The translations under genes and the position numbers were made by a program. The notes under the pieces are model-generated. The model was not told the DNA's origin and did no database searches. It saw nothing but the letters and a program-made list of their open reading frames with translations. This document shows, piece after piece, positions 1 through 8,869 of a stretch of DNA of 64,000 nt; position 1 is the stretch's first letter; every line of letters starts with the position of its first letter. The stretch lies in assembly GCA_009784235.1 (NCBI GenBank), contig WRCC01000001.1, positions 177,506 to 241,505 on the forward strand. The letters are read 5' to 3'. The DNA comes from Alphaproteobacteria bacterium. Its GTDB lineage: Bacteria > Pseudomonadota > Alphaproteobacteria > Rs-D84.

Positions 1-1
1 C

Positions 2-115
2 GGATGCAAATGCAAAAGCAATAAATGCCATGGCGCTGGTAATAACAACAAGCTGGCCGCTGCGATGACGGTTGGAATGATTACAGGTGGCGTAATTTAT
101 GCCCTTGCGAAATAG
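2..115 (+). CDS. 3' end of an upstream hydrophobic protein (partial, reading frame ends TAG at 113-115)
   Basis: Open frame from window edge translating to ...AAAMTVGMITGGVIYALAK*; hydrophobic C-terminus. No start in window. Confidence 0.2.
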   Translation, partial: GCKCKSNKCHGAGNNNKLAAAMTVGMITGGVIYALAK

Positions 116-141
116 ATTTAATGCCGTAAAATTAAAAAACT

Positions 142-696
142 GTGGAACAATTCGACGACATTTATTTGATAAAGGAAATCCAAGGTGGTAATCGCGGTGC
201 GTTCGCCGCCTTGGTGTCCAGGCATTCGGAATATTTCTTTGCAATCGCATATCGATTTACAAATAACCGCGAAACAGCCGAAGACATATTGCAGATCGCG
301 TTTTTGAAACTGTGGGAAAAACCGTACAAGTTTGACTGTGATGGTGCGGCTGGATTTAAAACTTGGTTCGCGCGATGCGTTGTGAATCTGTGCCTTGACG
401 ACCGCCGGGCGCGCCGCCCAATAACAAATATCGACGATTTGGAAATTGCGGATAACCGCGCGGGTGCATTTGACACACTGGAAAAACATCGCACGGTTCT
501 GGCGCTGGGCAATGCAATTAAAAAGCTTTCTGCGTCGCAACAGACCGCAATAAACTTGGGTATTATTAACGAAATGAAATACAGCGAAGTCGCAAATATA
601 ATGAAAAAATCCGAAGGTGCGGTCAAGGTTTTAATTAATCGCGCCAAAGAACAATTAAAAATTACTATGGAAAGGCAAGGCTATGGAATGGAATAA
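142..696 (+). CDS. ECF (sigma-24 type) RNA polymerase sigma factor
   Basis: 184-aa ORF; region-2-like segment (FAIAYRFTNNRETAEDILQIAFLKLWE) and region-4 helix-turn-helix (LSASQQTAINLGIINEMKYSEVANIMKKSEGAVKVLINRAK) typical of sigma-70 ECF subfamily. Confidence 0.8.
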   Translation: MEQFDDIYLIKEIQGGNRGAFAALVSRHSEYFFAIAYRFTNNRETAEDILQIAFLKLWEKPYKFDCDGAAGFKTWFARCVVNLCLDDRRARRPITNIDDLEIADNRAGAFDTLEKHRTVLALGNAIKKLSASQQTAINLGIINEMKYSEVANIMKKSEGAVKVLINRAKEQLKITMERQGYGME

Positions 697-937
697 AAAT
701 ATCCCAACAATGTCCACCGATTTTTGTAATCGAGTAGTTGATGCATCGCGCAATATCAAACAATGCCGACCGTTTTCCATACGCGCTCTGTGGTCACGTG
801 CTGGTGCGATACTGCCTATGCAGCCGCATTGGGCAATTGCAATGATGGCCGCAGTATTCGTCATCGGGCTAACTGCGGGTATGGAATCATACGATTTTGT
901 TTATTCCGCCGACATCACAGAATTAATGGAAATATAA
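683..937 (+). CDS. putative anti-sigma factor (small single-pass membrane protein)
   Basis: 84 aa, overlaps the sigma factor stop; one predicted TM helix (WAIAMMAAVFVIGLTAG). Call rests on position after an ECF sigma gene only. Confidence 0.35.
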   Translation: MEWNKNIPTMSTDFCNRVVDASRNIKQCRPFSIRALWSRAGAILPMQPHWAIAMMAAVFVIGLTAGMESYDFVYSADITELMEI

Positions 938-953
938 AAAAAAGGAGATTAAA

Positions 954-1358
954 ATGCCCAAAAAAATGAAAATAATTTTAACAATATCGCTATTGCTGAA
1001 TGCTTTGCTGATTGGATTATTCGCTGGAAATATTATTGGCAGCCAGCGGCACCAACGGCCCGGTCCGATGGCAATGTCAGAATTCCGCGAAATACGCAAT
1101 GATATGCGTGAAAATGTTGCATTGGAACGCGCACGATTGGCCGATATTATGAAAGCCAAAGAATTTAACCAGGTTGAATTCGATGCCCAGCTGGAAAAAT
1201 TTACAGATGCACAATGTGATTTCAACCGCGAATTCATGATAAAATTTAATGACAGAATGCAAAATCTACCGGTTGCAGAACGCGCAGAAATCATCGACAG
1301 AACAATGTCACGCAAACCACGCAAAGGTCCAAACAAGGGACCGCGCAAGGCTAATTGA
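954..1358 (+). CDS. periplasmic helical protein, possibly a Spy/CpxP-like envelope-stress protein
   Basis: 134 aa, N-terminal signal/TM segment, charged helical body, basic C-terminal tail; third gene of the sigma/anti-sigma module. No clear named motif. Confidence 0.35.
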   Translation: MPKKMKIILTISLLLNALLIGLFAGNIIGSQRHQRPGPMAMSEFREIRNDMRENVALERARLADIMKAKEFNQVEFDAQLEKFTDAQCDFNREFMIKFNDRMQNLPVAERAEIIDRTMSRKPRKGPNKGPRKAN

Positions 1359-1389
1359 CCATTCGTGCTGAATATGATACAATGGGGCG

Positions 1390-1761
1390 GTGAAATATCT
1401 GTCCCAATTTTTATTATTGATGGTGTTTGTAGTTGCCGGTGAATTTGTTCATGCAATTGTGCCGCTGCCCGTGCCGGCCAGTATCTGGGGATTGATTTTG
1501 CTGCTGGGCGCGTTGTGGACGCGTGTTATAAAATTATCGCAAATCGAAGATGTTGCGAATTTCTTTTTAATTATTATTCCGGTTTTATTCGTTGTGCCCG
1601 CGGTCGGCGTATTGGAAATATTTGGCGATATCGCATATGTTTGGCCCGCTATGTTGCTTGTTATAATACTTACTTATTTTGCTGCAATGGTATCAACCGG
1701 CTGGTTGGCTGAATTTATGATTTGGTGGAAAGACAGAAAACAAAAGGCACGCAAAAAATGA
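1390..1761 (+). CDS. lrgA: CidA/LrgA family holin-like protein
   Basis: 123 aa, four hydrophobic segments; stop overlaps (ATGA) the start of the lrgB-like gene. Confidence 0.7.
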   Translation: MKYLSQFLLLMVFVVAGEFVHAIVPLPVPASIWGLILLLGALWTRVIKLSQIEDVANFFLIIIPVLFVVPAVGVLEIFGDIAYVWPAMLLVIILTYFAAMVSTGWLAEFMIWWKDRKQKARKK

Positions 1762-2453
1762 CCGAAATTTTCGCATCTTCGATATATTTCGGATTGGCGT
1801 TGTCAATTGGCATATATGTTATGGCTGTGTTTGTTAACAAAAGATGGAATGTTGCGATAACGACGCCATTATTGCTGACCACAATTGGAATTATTGCGGT
1901 TCTGTTGCTGTTTGATATTCCGTACGCGAATTATCAAAATGGTGCAAAATATTTATATTATTTTCTGGTACCGGCAACAGTATGTTTCGCAGTACCGATG
2001 TATAAACAAATTAATATGCTGGGTAAATATAAGTGGGCGATTGTTGCGTCGCTGGTTTTTGGATGTGCGGTTTCGATTGCGACTGTGGCCCTGCTCTGTT
2101 GGGCCTTTGGCCTGAGCGATATTATCCGAAATTCACTGGCGTCGGTATCGGTCACAACCGCAATCGCAATTGGAATTACCAAAGAACTGGGCGGAATTGC
2201 CGCAATTACAGTATTTGCGGTTATAATCACCGGCATACTTGGAAACGCAATTGGGAAACAAGTGTGTTCAATACTCGGCCTGCGCAATCCAGTTGCACGT
2301 GGTTTGGCCATTGGAAATTCATCTCATGCAATGGGTACTGCGAAAGCACTTGAAATGGGCTCAATCGAAGGCGCAACCAGCAGTCTGGCCATTGTTATAT
2401 CCGGCCTGGCCACCGCCATCCTTGCCCCACTGATATTGTGGTTGTTTGGGTAG
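1758..2453 (+). CDS. lrgB: LrgB/CidB family membrane protein
   Basis: Polytopic membrane protein. The conserved LrgB C-terminal region reads GLAIGNSSHAMGTAKALEMG...LAIVISGLATAIL. Start set at the internal ATG giving a 4-nt overlap with lrgA. Confidence 0.75.
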   Translation: MTEIFASSIYFGLALSIGIYVMAVFVNKRWNVAITTPLLLTTIGIIAVLLLFDIPYANYQNGAKYLYYFLVPATVCFAVPMYKQINMLGKYKWAIVASLVFGCAVSIATVALLCWAFGLSDIIRNSLASVSVTTAIAIGITKELGGIAAITVFAVIITGILGNAIGKQVCSILGLRNPVARGLAIGNSSHAMGTAKALEMGSIEGATSSLAIVISGLATAILAPLILWLFG

Positions 2454-2462
2454 GTTAGTATT

Positions 2463-3044
2463 TTAATCAGCAATTCTTTCGGAATAACATTTTTGCAAAA
2501 ATGCGGCTAATATGGCTGAATCATCAGCGAATTTGTTATAATGAGCATCAAATAGTTTTTTATCATCGACGGATGACTTATTTACAGTTTTTTGCATTAC
2601 TTCAATCAAGCCCTTTAAGCTATTTTGAACATTTCCGATTATTGAATCTAAATCTTTCGCTTTATTACCAAATAAAACTCGCCCTTTTTCTCTAGCAAGC
2701 ATTAAATAATTGGCCTGGTTAAGACATCCAGTAATAAATTCATGTTTAAGTTTTTCAATATCTTTAAAATCACCACTAAGATTGAAACTAAACACTTTAC
2801 GGAGAAGTTCCATTAACTGAAAATAATTTTCTTTTATGAATTTTTCTTTTTCAAATTCAATTTGTTTTTCTTGTCGCCATAACTGCCCGAAAGCAAAAAT
2901 ACCCGCTGCCATAGGTAACGCAAAATCAGTTATGAATTTTGTTTTATTATAATAAAAAGCCAAAGCTGAGACACAAACAACCAGTATTAACGAAATCCAA
3001 AAACAAAGAGCAAAAAACCATTTAATAGAAATAATTTTTTTCAT
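2463..3044 (-). CDS. hypothetical membrane-anchored protein (AT-rich islet)
   Basis: 193 aa, two N-terminal TM helices then a helical charged domain. Local GC is much lower than the flanking sequence. Confidence 0.45.
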   Translation of the reverse strand: MKKIISIKWFFALCFWISLILVVCVSALAFYYNKTKFITDFALPMAAGIFAFGQLWRQEKQIEFEKEKFIKENYFQLMELLRKVFSFNLSGDFKDIEKLKHEFITGCLNQANYLMLAREKGRVLFGNKAKDLDSIIGNVQNSLKGLIEVMQKTVNKSSVDDKKLFDAHYNKFADDSAILAAFLQKCYSERIAD

Positions 3045-3046
3045 TC

Positions 3047-3592
3047 CTATCCTTTATGCAATTTCTTGGTTAAATTATTTTGAACATCAAATTTATAACC
3101 AGAACTAGTGAAAATTCTAATTTTCAAATTACTTAAATTATTTTTACCAAATGGTTTTGGAGTTATTGGGAACCAAATAGAACTTCGTGGTGGAATGACT
3201 AAATTAGCACCTGGTTGTGCAAAATAATCTCTTCCATTATCAGGATGTTCAAAATCATAATCTTTATCCGTTGGCCACCATCTGAATAAAAGCTCATGAT
3301 AATCTGAAGTGGAATAATCATCAGTTCCAAGATAGACAGGATGGTTTGACTTGTTATCTATGGCTAACCGAATTCCCTTTTTATAATAATAAATTTTTGC
3401 TTCCAATTTATCTTTATGTTCGTAAGGAAATACATTCAAAATCGTAACACCACAAGTTCCGATAGCGGTTAAGGCAGTCACCAGGAATATTCCAAAATTA
3501 TCTTTGTTGCCATAACATAACTGAAAAACTGCGGCAATCACTATCAAAGCAATTAAAAGAACGAAAAACATGAATAGTGTTTTATTTCTCAT
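3047..3592 (-). CDS. hypothetical membrane-anchored protein (AT-rich islet)
   Basis: 181 aa; N-terminal TM helices plus an aromatic-rich C-terminal domain. A 2-nt gap separates it from the previous ORF; ends 20 nt from tRNA-Arg. Confidence 0.45.
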   Translation of the reverse strand: MRNKTLFMFFVLLIALIVIAAVFQLCYGNKDNFGIFLVTALTAIGTCGVTILNVFPYEHKDKLEAKIYYYKKGIRLAIDNKSNHPVYLGTDDYSTSDYHELLFRWWPTDKDYDFEHPDNGRDYFAQPGANLVIPPRSSIWFPITPKPFGKNNLSNLKIRIFTSSGYKFDVQNNLTKKLHKG

Positions 3593-3611
3593 ATTGGCCC
3601 CAAAACAACAC

Positions 3612-3688
3612 TGGCACGCCCGGCAGGATTCGAACCTGCGACCTGCGGATTAGAAATCCGATGCTCTATCCGGCTGAGCTACGGGCGC
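3612..3688 (-). tRNA. tRNA-Arg (anticodon TCT), CCA encoded
   Basis: Reverse complement folds as a cloverleaf: acceptor GCGCCCG/CGGGCGT, D-arm GCTC/GAGC, anticodon loop TTTCTAA, T-arm GCAGG-TTCGAAT-CCTGC, discriminator G, CCA. Confidence 0.9.
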
Positions 3689-3794
3689 GTGGGCGGATTA
3701 TATCGTGTGGCGGTCTGATTTGCAATTCATTTTTGATTGTTATCCTTATACTTGATTTTTGTGTATTTTTATCTATAATTGTGTTGCTGCGAAT

Positions 3795-4087
3795 GCAGAG
3801 ATGATGCTGAATGCTCTATGAAATAGGTCTTTTGGACTGGGGGGCGGTACCCCACAGCTCCACCACTTGGGGCTGACATAGTTTCGACAGGGATTGAAAG
3901 ATAGAGAGTGTATCCAGCGTTGCTGCTGTGAAAGGCTGAAACAAAATGAATGCGAATGACAACATCCGCGTTAACTATGCAATGGCCGCTTAATTGCGCC
4001 GAATGCAAGAGCCAATAGGTAATTGCATTCATGCCACATAGTTGGGGCTTTCCCGTGCGCCTGGCACCAGAAGCACGGGATTTTTTA
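3795..4087 (+). ncRNA. ssrA: tmRNA (ssrA), circularly permuted two-piece form. Acceptor piece ends at CCA at 3865. Coding piece starts GGGGCTGA at 3869. Tag reading frame is 3952-3993. The RNA is followed by a rho-independent terminator.
   Basis: Sequence ...GGAC-TGGGG-GGCGGTA-CCCCA-CAGCTCC-A-CCA at 3834-3865 matches the tmRNA 3' T-arm and acceptor layout. It is followed 3 nt later by GGGGCTGACATAGTTTCGACAGGG, the conserved tmRNA 5' end. The tag ORF GCGAATGACAACATCCGCGTTAACTATGCAATGGCCGCTTAA encodes ANDNIRVNYAMAA*. Terminator stem is CCCGTGC/GCACGGG (4052-4079) plus T-run. 3'-before-5' order is the alphaproteobacterial two-piece arrangement. Confidence 0.8.
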
Positions 4088-4127
4088 TCTACTTGCAATC
4101 GGTGAAAATTTCACTATATTTATCGCT

Positions 4128-5882
4128 ATGAAACACTATATATTACCACTTCGCAATCTTGTATTCCAACCTGGGATAACCGTGCCTATTTTTATGGATA
4201 ATCCGGTGTCCATTGCGGCACTGGAATCTGCCAAAGAATCCGGAAAAATTATTCTGGTTGCACAGAAAGTTACAAATTATCCAACACGGATAAACGATTT
4301 GTACGACGTCGGCACCATTGCTGATTTGATGCAGTTGCTGACCATGCCGGATGGCACAATTCACGTTATGTTGCAAACACGTGCGGCTGTGCGCCTTTCC
4401 GATATTACTGCGACAGATGGAATGTTTATGGCGGACGCGACGGAATTGCCGTTCTTTGATGATTCTGATGCTGAATATGTGGTCGCGTTACGTGACCGGG
4501 TTGCGGAAAAATTGCAATTTGCAATGAAGTCAAAGCGTATGAATATGTTGAAGCTGGGCGCGATTGCGAATTCTTATTCTGTTGCAGCATTTATCGATGC
4601 GGTTATTCAAATGACGGATATGGACCCCGAATCCGCGAATCAAATTTTATGCATGCGCAACTATGCTGAAAAATTGACTGCATTGTTGGAACAGGTCAGT
4701 TTAATGGCCGAAATGACGAAAATCGATGACTCTATTAACAAGCGTATAAACCAACAAATGGAACGTGGAAAACGCGAAGTATATCTGTCGGAAAAATTGC
4801 GCGCGCTGCAACGTGAAATGGGCGAAGATGCCGAAGAACTGGATACATTGGCATTCAAGAAAAAAATCAAAGATGCGAATTTGCCAAAAGATGCCGAAGA
4901 CAAAGCGCTGGGCGAATGGAAGCGTATGAACAATCTGTCGCCTATGTCGAATGAAGGCGCGATGTTAAAAACTTACCTTGATGAAATTTTGGCGATGCCG
5001 TGGCATAAATCAGACAAAACTGCGATTGATTTGGCGGCCGCGCGCAAAGAATTGGACCGCGAACATTCTGGTATGAATGGTGTGAAAGAACGCATCTTGG
5101 AACATTTGGCCGTGATGAAAAAAACCGGAAATATGCGTGGGACTATTTTATGTTTGGTCGGCGCGCCGGGCGTTGGAAAAACCAGCTTGGGCCAATCTGT
5201 TGCGGCCGCACTTGGACGGAAATACCAACGCATATCACTGGGCGGCGTATCGGACGAAGCACATTTTCGTGGACATCGCAAGACATACATTGGGGCCCAA
5301 CCGGGCCGCATTATGGATGCACTGAAACGCGCTGGTGCCAATAATCCGGTTATCGTTCTGGACGAAATTGATAAAATGGGACGCGATTATCGCGGCGACC
5401 CGGAACATGCTTTGTTGGAAGTTTTGGATCCGGAACAAAATAAAACTTTTCGCGACCATTATCTGGAAGTCGATTTTGATTTGTCGAATGTATTATTTAT
5501 CGCGACGGCGAATTCGGTTAACATGTCTGCAGCATTAAAAGACCGCATGGAAATTATCGAAATGCCGGGTTACGCGGAAGACGAAAAAGTTGAAATTGCG
5601 CGCAATCATTTGTTGCGTCGTGCAGCCGCGGATACCGGATGGATGCTGGAAAACATTTTGATTTCTGATGATTCAATACGTCATATAATTCGTAAATATA
5701 CCGCCGAAGACGGTGTGCGTCAATTGCGTCGTGAAATCACGGCTGTACTGCGCCGCACTTTGCTGGATATCGACGGTGCGGACATTCCAACGGAATTTAC
5801 GACCGACAAAATAGATACGGCATTATCAAAACGCAAGACAATTAACGGCGCGAAAAAAATCGGTTTCGGCGCGCGGGTGTAA
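4128..5882 (+). CDS. lon: Lon-like ATP-dependent protease with N-terminal and AAA+ domains only; proteolytic domain absent (truncated or pseudogene)
   Basis: Lon N-domain (LPLRNLVFQPGITVPIF) and Walker A/B of the Lon AAA+ module (GAPGVGKTS, VIVLDEIDK, sensor region) are present. The ORF stops (…KKIGFGARV*) exactly where the Ser-Lys protease domain should begin. Downstream 340 nt are AT-rich and non-Lon. The track ORF started upstream at a TTG inside the ssrA terminator; start reassigned to ATG 4128. Confidence 0.7.
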   Translation: MKHYILPLRNLVFQPGITVPIFMDNPVSIAALESAKESGKIILVAQKVTNYPTRINDLYDVGTIADLMQLLTMPDGTIHVMLQTRAAVRLSDITATDGMFMADATELPFFDDSDAEYVVALRDRVAEKLQFAMKSKRMNMLKLGAIANSYSVAAFIDAVIQMTDMDPESANQILCMRNYAEKLTALLEQVSLMAEMTKIDDSINKRINQQMERGKREVYLSEKLRALQREMGEDAEELDTLAFKKKIKDANLPKDAEDKALGEWKRMNNLSPMSNEGAMLKTYLDEILAMPWHKSDKTAIDLAAARKELDREHSGMNGVKERILEHLAVMKKTGNMRGTILCLVGAPGVGKTSLGQSVAAALGRKYQRISLGGVSDEAHFRGHRKTYIGAQPGRIMDALKRAGANNPVIVLDEIDKMGRDYRGDPEHALLEVLDPEQNKTFRDHYLEVDFDLSNVLFIATANSVNMSAALKDRMEIIEMPGYAEDEKVEIARNHLLRRAAADTGWMLENILISDDSIRHIIRKYTAEDGVRQLRREITAVLRRTLLDIDGADIPTEFTTDKIDTALSKRKTINGAKKIGFGARV

Positions 5883-5894
5883 AGGATATAAAAA

Positions 5895-6224
5895 ATGAAC
5901 TTGTTTCAAAAACGTAAAATCCGATATAATCTGTTTAAACGAATAACCACCTTTTCCAACGTTATGGTTGTTGAGCCGCGCGGCAATAATACTGGTTTTA
6001 CATATTTTAATAAATATTTAATATCTGCTGGACTATCAAATGTAGAGTTGATAATTGGAAAAACATCCACACCTGGACTGTGTTTTCCATCATATTATAT
6101 AACTGTACCATCTGGAGGTAAGCCCGATGAATTATCGGAATCTGTTAAACAATTAAAGTGGTCAGAGAACGAAAAATTGGCAAAAAAGCTTTTTCGCTTT
6201 TACAATAATAAAATTAAAACATGA
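5895..6224 (+). CDS. hypothetical small protein in AT-rich filler after truncated lon (possibly not a real gene)
   Basis: 109-aa ORF, very AT-rich, no recognisable domain; occupies the space where the Lon protease domain is missing. Confidence 0.2.
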   Translation: MNLFQKRKIRYNLFKRITTFSNVMVVEPRGNNTGFTYFNKYLISAGLSNVELIIGKTSTPGLCFPSYYITVPSGGKPDELSESVKQLKWSENEKLAKKLFRFYNNKIKT

Positions 6225-6802
6225 TTTTGATAATCGATGCTTCATCGCCGGGGATTCGTTTAGCATTACAGGTTGTATGCTGTTCTGTCATTCCGGCGAA
6301 GGCCGGACCGCCCATACAAAAATCGATCGAAACAGATAAACAATCGACCGCCCTGCCCATTGAAGTTGAATTTTTTTTAACCGAAAATGGCGTTACATTT
6401 CGCGATTTAATGGCGATTGGAATTGTCGTTGGACCGGGCAGTTTTACTGGGATTCGATTGGGTATTGCTTATGCAAAAGGTTTATCAATTGGATTGGGCG
6501 TGCCGGTTGTTCCGGTGAATGCGTTTGAAATTTATTTGGAACGCACCCCGGATGCTTTTGTTGCAATTGATTCAGGACGCGGTGATTTTTTTGTCGGTGC
6601 ACATGATTTAGTGCCAATGATTATGTCGATTGATGAGGTCGAAACGCAGCAGATGAAATACTCGTCGACTATCGGACATAAACCGTTTGATTTGACTGAT
6701 GCCCTGCCCGTCATTACGCGTAAATTATCCGGTGAAATTGAACCTGTGATACCATTATATATACGACCACATTATGCTGAAACAAATTGCAAATCTTCAT
6801 AA
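6221..6802 (+). CDS. tsaB: tRNA threonylcarbamoyladenosine biosynthesis protein TsaB (YeaZ-like)
   Basis: N-terminal MILIIDASS plus GPGSFTGIRLGIAYAKG motif of the inactive Kae1 paralogue; followed by rimI as is typical. Confidence 0.75.
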   Translation: MILIIDASSPGIRLALQVVCCSVIPAKAGPPIQKSIETDKQSTALPIEVEFFLTENGVTFRDLMAIGIVVGPGSFTGIRLGIAYAKGLSIGLGVPVVPVNAFEIYLERTPDAFVAIDSGRGDFFVGAHDLVPMIMSIDEVETQQMKYSSTIGHKPFDLTDALPVITRKLSGEIEPVIPLYIRPHYAETNCKSS

Positions 6803-7181
6803 ATTATGTTTCCCGAATAAGCCATGGAACGCGGATGAATTTGCATCGCTGCAAAAATCCGGATGTGAAATTTTGGCCAGTGATAATGGATTTATTGTTT
6901 TTCGTTGCGCTGCGGATGAATGCGAAATAATTACAATTGGGGTTGCGCCATATGCGCGTGGCACAGGCGTCGCCAGTACATTATTGCACTTGATGGAAAA
7001 TGATTTAAAAAATAAAAATATTAAAAAGATATTTCTGGAAGCTGCGGATGACAATCAACCTGCCCGTGCCTTGTATAAAAAACATGGATACAAGCAAATC
7101 GGCGTGCGGCCAAAATATTACGACGACATTGATGCGATTGTGATGGAAAAGATTTTATCCAACGAATTCCAAAACGCGTGA
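6774..7181 (+). CDS. rimI: ribosomal-protein-alanine N-acetyltransferase (GNAT)
   Basis: 135 aa; GNAT acetyl-CoA site RGTGVASTLL and the KHGY motif; overlaps tsaB 3' end. Confidence 0.7.
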   Translation: MLKQIANLHKLCFPNKPWNADEFASLQKSGCEILASDNGFIVFRCAADECEIITIGVAPYARGTGVASTLLHLMENDLKNKNIKKIFLEAADDNQPARALYKKHGYKQIGVRPKYYDDIDAIVMEKILSNEFQNA

Positions 7182-8435
7182 ATCGAAAATAATATCGCGT
7201 GGGCGCAGTGGTGATGCAATATGTATATCGGCCGCGGTGCGTGTGCGCGACAGCGCGACATAAGTCTGTCCGTGCGCAAATGCGCCGCGCGAAATATCCA
7301 ATACAACGGCATCCAGCGTTTTGCCTTGGGCTTTATGAATTGTCATTGCATACCCAAGTGCCAGCGGAAATTGTTTATAGCTGCCCGTTTCATTTTCCGT
7401 AATCTTTTGTGTCGCGTCGTCCGTCGCATATTCCATCTTTTGCCATTTGTCGCGTTTAACTGTGACAATATCGCGCGTCCGGTTGGTCAGGCGTACGCGA
7501 ATTTCGTCCGCGCCCAGGTGTTCAACAACCCCCATCGAACCATTATACCAATCGCTGCGGTCGGAATTTTTTACAAACACGACCAAAGCGCCGACTTTGA
7601 GCGTTAAATTTATCGGCGCGGGTGCATCTTTGTCGTTAAAATTTCCGGATGTTTCGCCTGTGTATATCATTTCCGGTGCATTGATTTGTGCCAACCTGTC
7701 CGCATTGATTTTATCAGCGACTGCACGGAATGGCGTAATAATTACTGCATTTTCGCGGCGCGCAGTATCATTGATTTTTAATCCATTAAAATAATCCAAT
7801 GCCGCCGTAACATTTTCGCCGCTGCGCAAATCAGTCAAGCGACGCAATAAACCATCGTCGCTTTGACGATATACCATGTCGAAATCTGCACGCCGGAAAT
7901 CTGCACGTTTATACGCATGCGCATCAAAAAAATATGAATTCGGCCGACCATACGCATCGCTGTACAATTGTTCCGCGTCGCGTGTAATTACCGGCGGCAA
8001 TTGGAACAGATCGCCGATTGCAACGACTTGTAATCCGCCGAATGGTAAATTATTTCGCCGTGCACCGCGCGCTAAAATATCCATCGCATCCAATATATCC
8101 GGCGATACCATTGATATTTCATCGATGACCAGTATGTCAGCGGCGGATAAAACATTCCGTGACTTGGATTTTAATTTTAATAATTCCGGATGGACGAAAT
8201 CACGCGGTGCGATTTGAAACATAGAATGGATTGTCTGACCGCCGATATTCAGTGCCGATACTGCGGTTGGACATGCACAGATTATACGTTTCTTGCTGGC
8301 CGACTTTAAATAATTGATGAATGTAGATTTTCCGGTTCCCGCTTGGCCCAGTATCAGTATATTATTAGCGCCGGATTCAATCGCGTTGAATGCGCGCAGC
8401 TGGGATTCGTTTAAGATGTACGGGAACTCGGACAT
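7155..8435 (-). CDS. Pif1/RecD-family 5'-3' DNA helicase
   Basis: Walker A GQAGTGKST, motif II VIDEISMV, GDLFQLPPV motif; 426 aa. Confidence 0.7.
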   Translation of the reverse strand: MSEFPYILNESQLRAFNAIESGANNILILGQAGTGKSTFINYLKSASKKRIICACPTAVSALNIGGQTIHSMFQIAPRDFVHPELLKLKSKSRNVLSAADILVIDEISMVSPDILDAMDILARGARRNNLPFGGLQVVAIGDLFQLPPVITRDAEQLYSDAYGRPNSYFFDAHAYKRADFRRADFDMVYRQSDDGLLRRLTDLRSGENVTAALDYFNGLKINDTARRENAVIITPFRAVADKINADRLAQINAPEMIYTGETSGNFNDKDAPAPINLTLKVGALVVFVKNSDRSDWYNGSMGVVEHLGADEIRVRLTNRTRDIVTVKRDKWQKMEYATDDATQKITENETGSYKQFPLALGYAMTIHKAQGKTLDAVVLDISRGAFAHGQTYVALSRTRTAADIHIASPLRPRDIIFDSRVLEFVG

Positions 8436-8566
8436 AATCTGGCCGCGACATTACACATTTTTTCAAAAAAATGCAATCAAAAACCAGGTTCGCCCAGTTT
8501 TGTTTTATTTTCAACCACTTGGAATATGCGATAAAAGTAAAAAAATCCCGAACATATAATTTCCAC

Positions 8567-8594
8567 TTGAAATACAATCAAAATAATATATAAT
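8567..8594 (+). promoter_or_regulatory. sigma-70-like promoter for the tRNA pair
   Basis: TTGAAA (8567-8572), 16-nt spacer, TATAAT (8589-8594), 18 nt upstream of the tRNA start. Confidence 0.4.
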
Positions 8595-8612
8595 ACCGCG
8601 GCACATACGTCT

Positions 8613-8689
8613 GGGTTGGTAGCTCAGTTGGTTAGAGCGGAGCGCTCATAACGCTTTGGTCGGGGGTTCGAGTCCCTCCCAACCCACCA
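8613..8689 (+). tRNA. tRNA with anticodon CAT, elongator type (Met or lysidine-modified Ile2). G1:C72, so not initiator.
   Basis: Cloverleaf: GGGTTGG acceptor, anticodon loop CTCATAA, T-arm GGGGG-TTCGAGT-CCCTC, CCA encoded. Variable-loop and anticodon-stem sequence (CGCTTTGGTC) resemble tRNA-Ile2(LAU). Confidence 0.85.
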
Positions 8690-8713
8690 TCCTGACTTAT
8701 GAATACCTTTTTT

Positions 8714-8789
8714 GGGGTCATAGCTCAGTTGGTAGAGCACCTGCTTTGCAAGCAGGGGGTCGTCAGTTCGAGTCTGATTGGCTCCACCA
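8714..8789 (+). tRNA. tRNA-Ala (anticodon TGC), CCA encoded
   Basis: G3:U70 identity pair, anticodon loop TTTGCAA, T-arm GTCAG-TTCGAGT-CTGAT. Confidence 0.9.
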
Positions 8790-8810
8790 AAATTTTTATA
8801 TCAGAATAGG

Positions 8811-8869
8811 AAAAAATCCGCTTGCTTTGCCAGGCGGTTTTTTTATATCATATAGGAATAAAGGAAGGG
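8811..8869 (+). repeat. conserved 5' leader of giant protein gene 1 (hairpin, -10-like TATCAT, RBS AAGGAAGG); copy 1 of 2
   Basis: AAAAAATCCGCTTGCTTTGCCAGGCGGTTTTTTTATATCATATAGGAATAAAGGAAGGGATGTTG is nearly identical to 12624-12681 upstream of gene 2. Confidence 0.7.

Noticed and set aside
2440-3700. Integrase-mediated island at tRNA-Arg with att direct repeat
   Set aside because: No integrase gene and no copy of the tRNA 3' end near the distal end of the AT-rich islet; reported only as a compositional islet.
3769-4098. 109-aa minus-strand ORF and 75-aa plus-strand ORF (3577-3804) in the ORF track
   Set aside because: They overlap the tmRNA and the tRNA-Arg gene respectively; the RNA assignments explain the sequence, and the translations are low-complexity.
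4023-4127. N-terminal extension of the Lon ORF starting at TTG 4023
   Set aside because: It runs through the ssrA rho-independent terminator; the canonical Lon N-terminus begins at ATG 4128 (MKHYILPLRNL).
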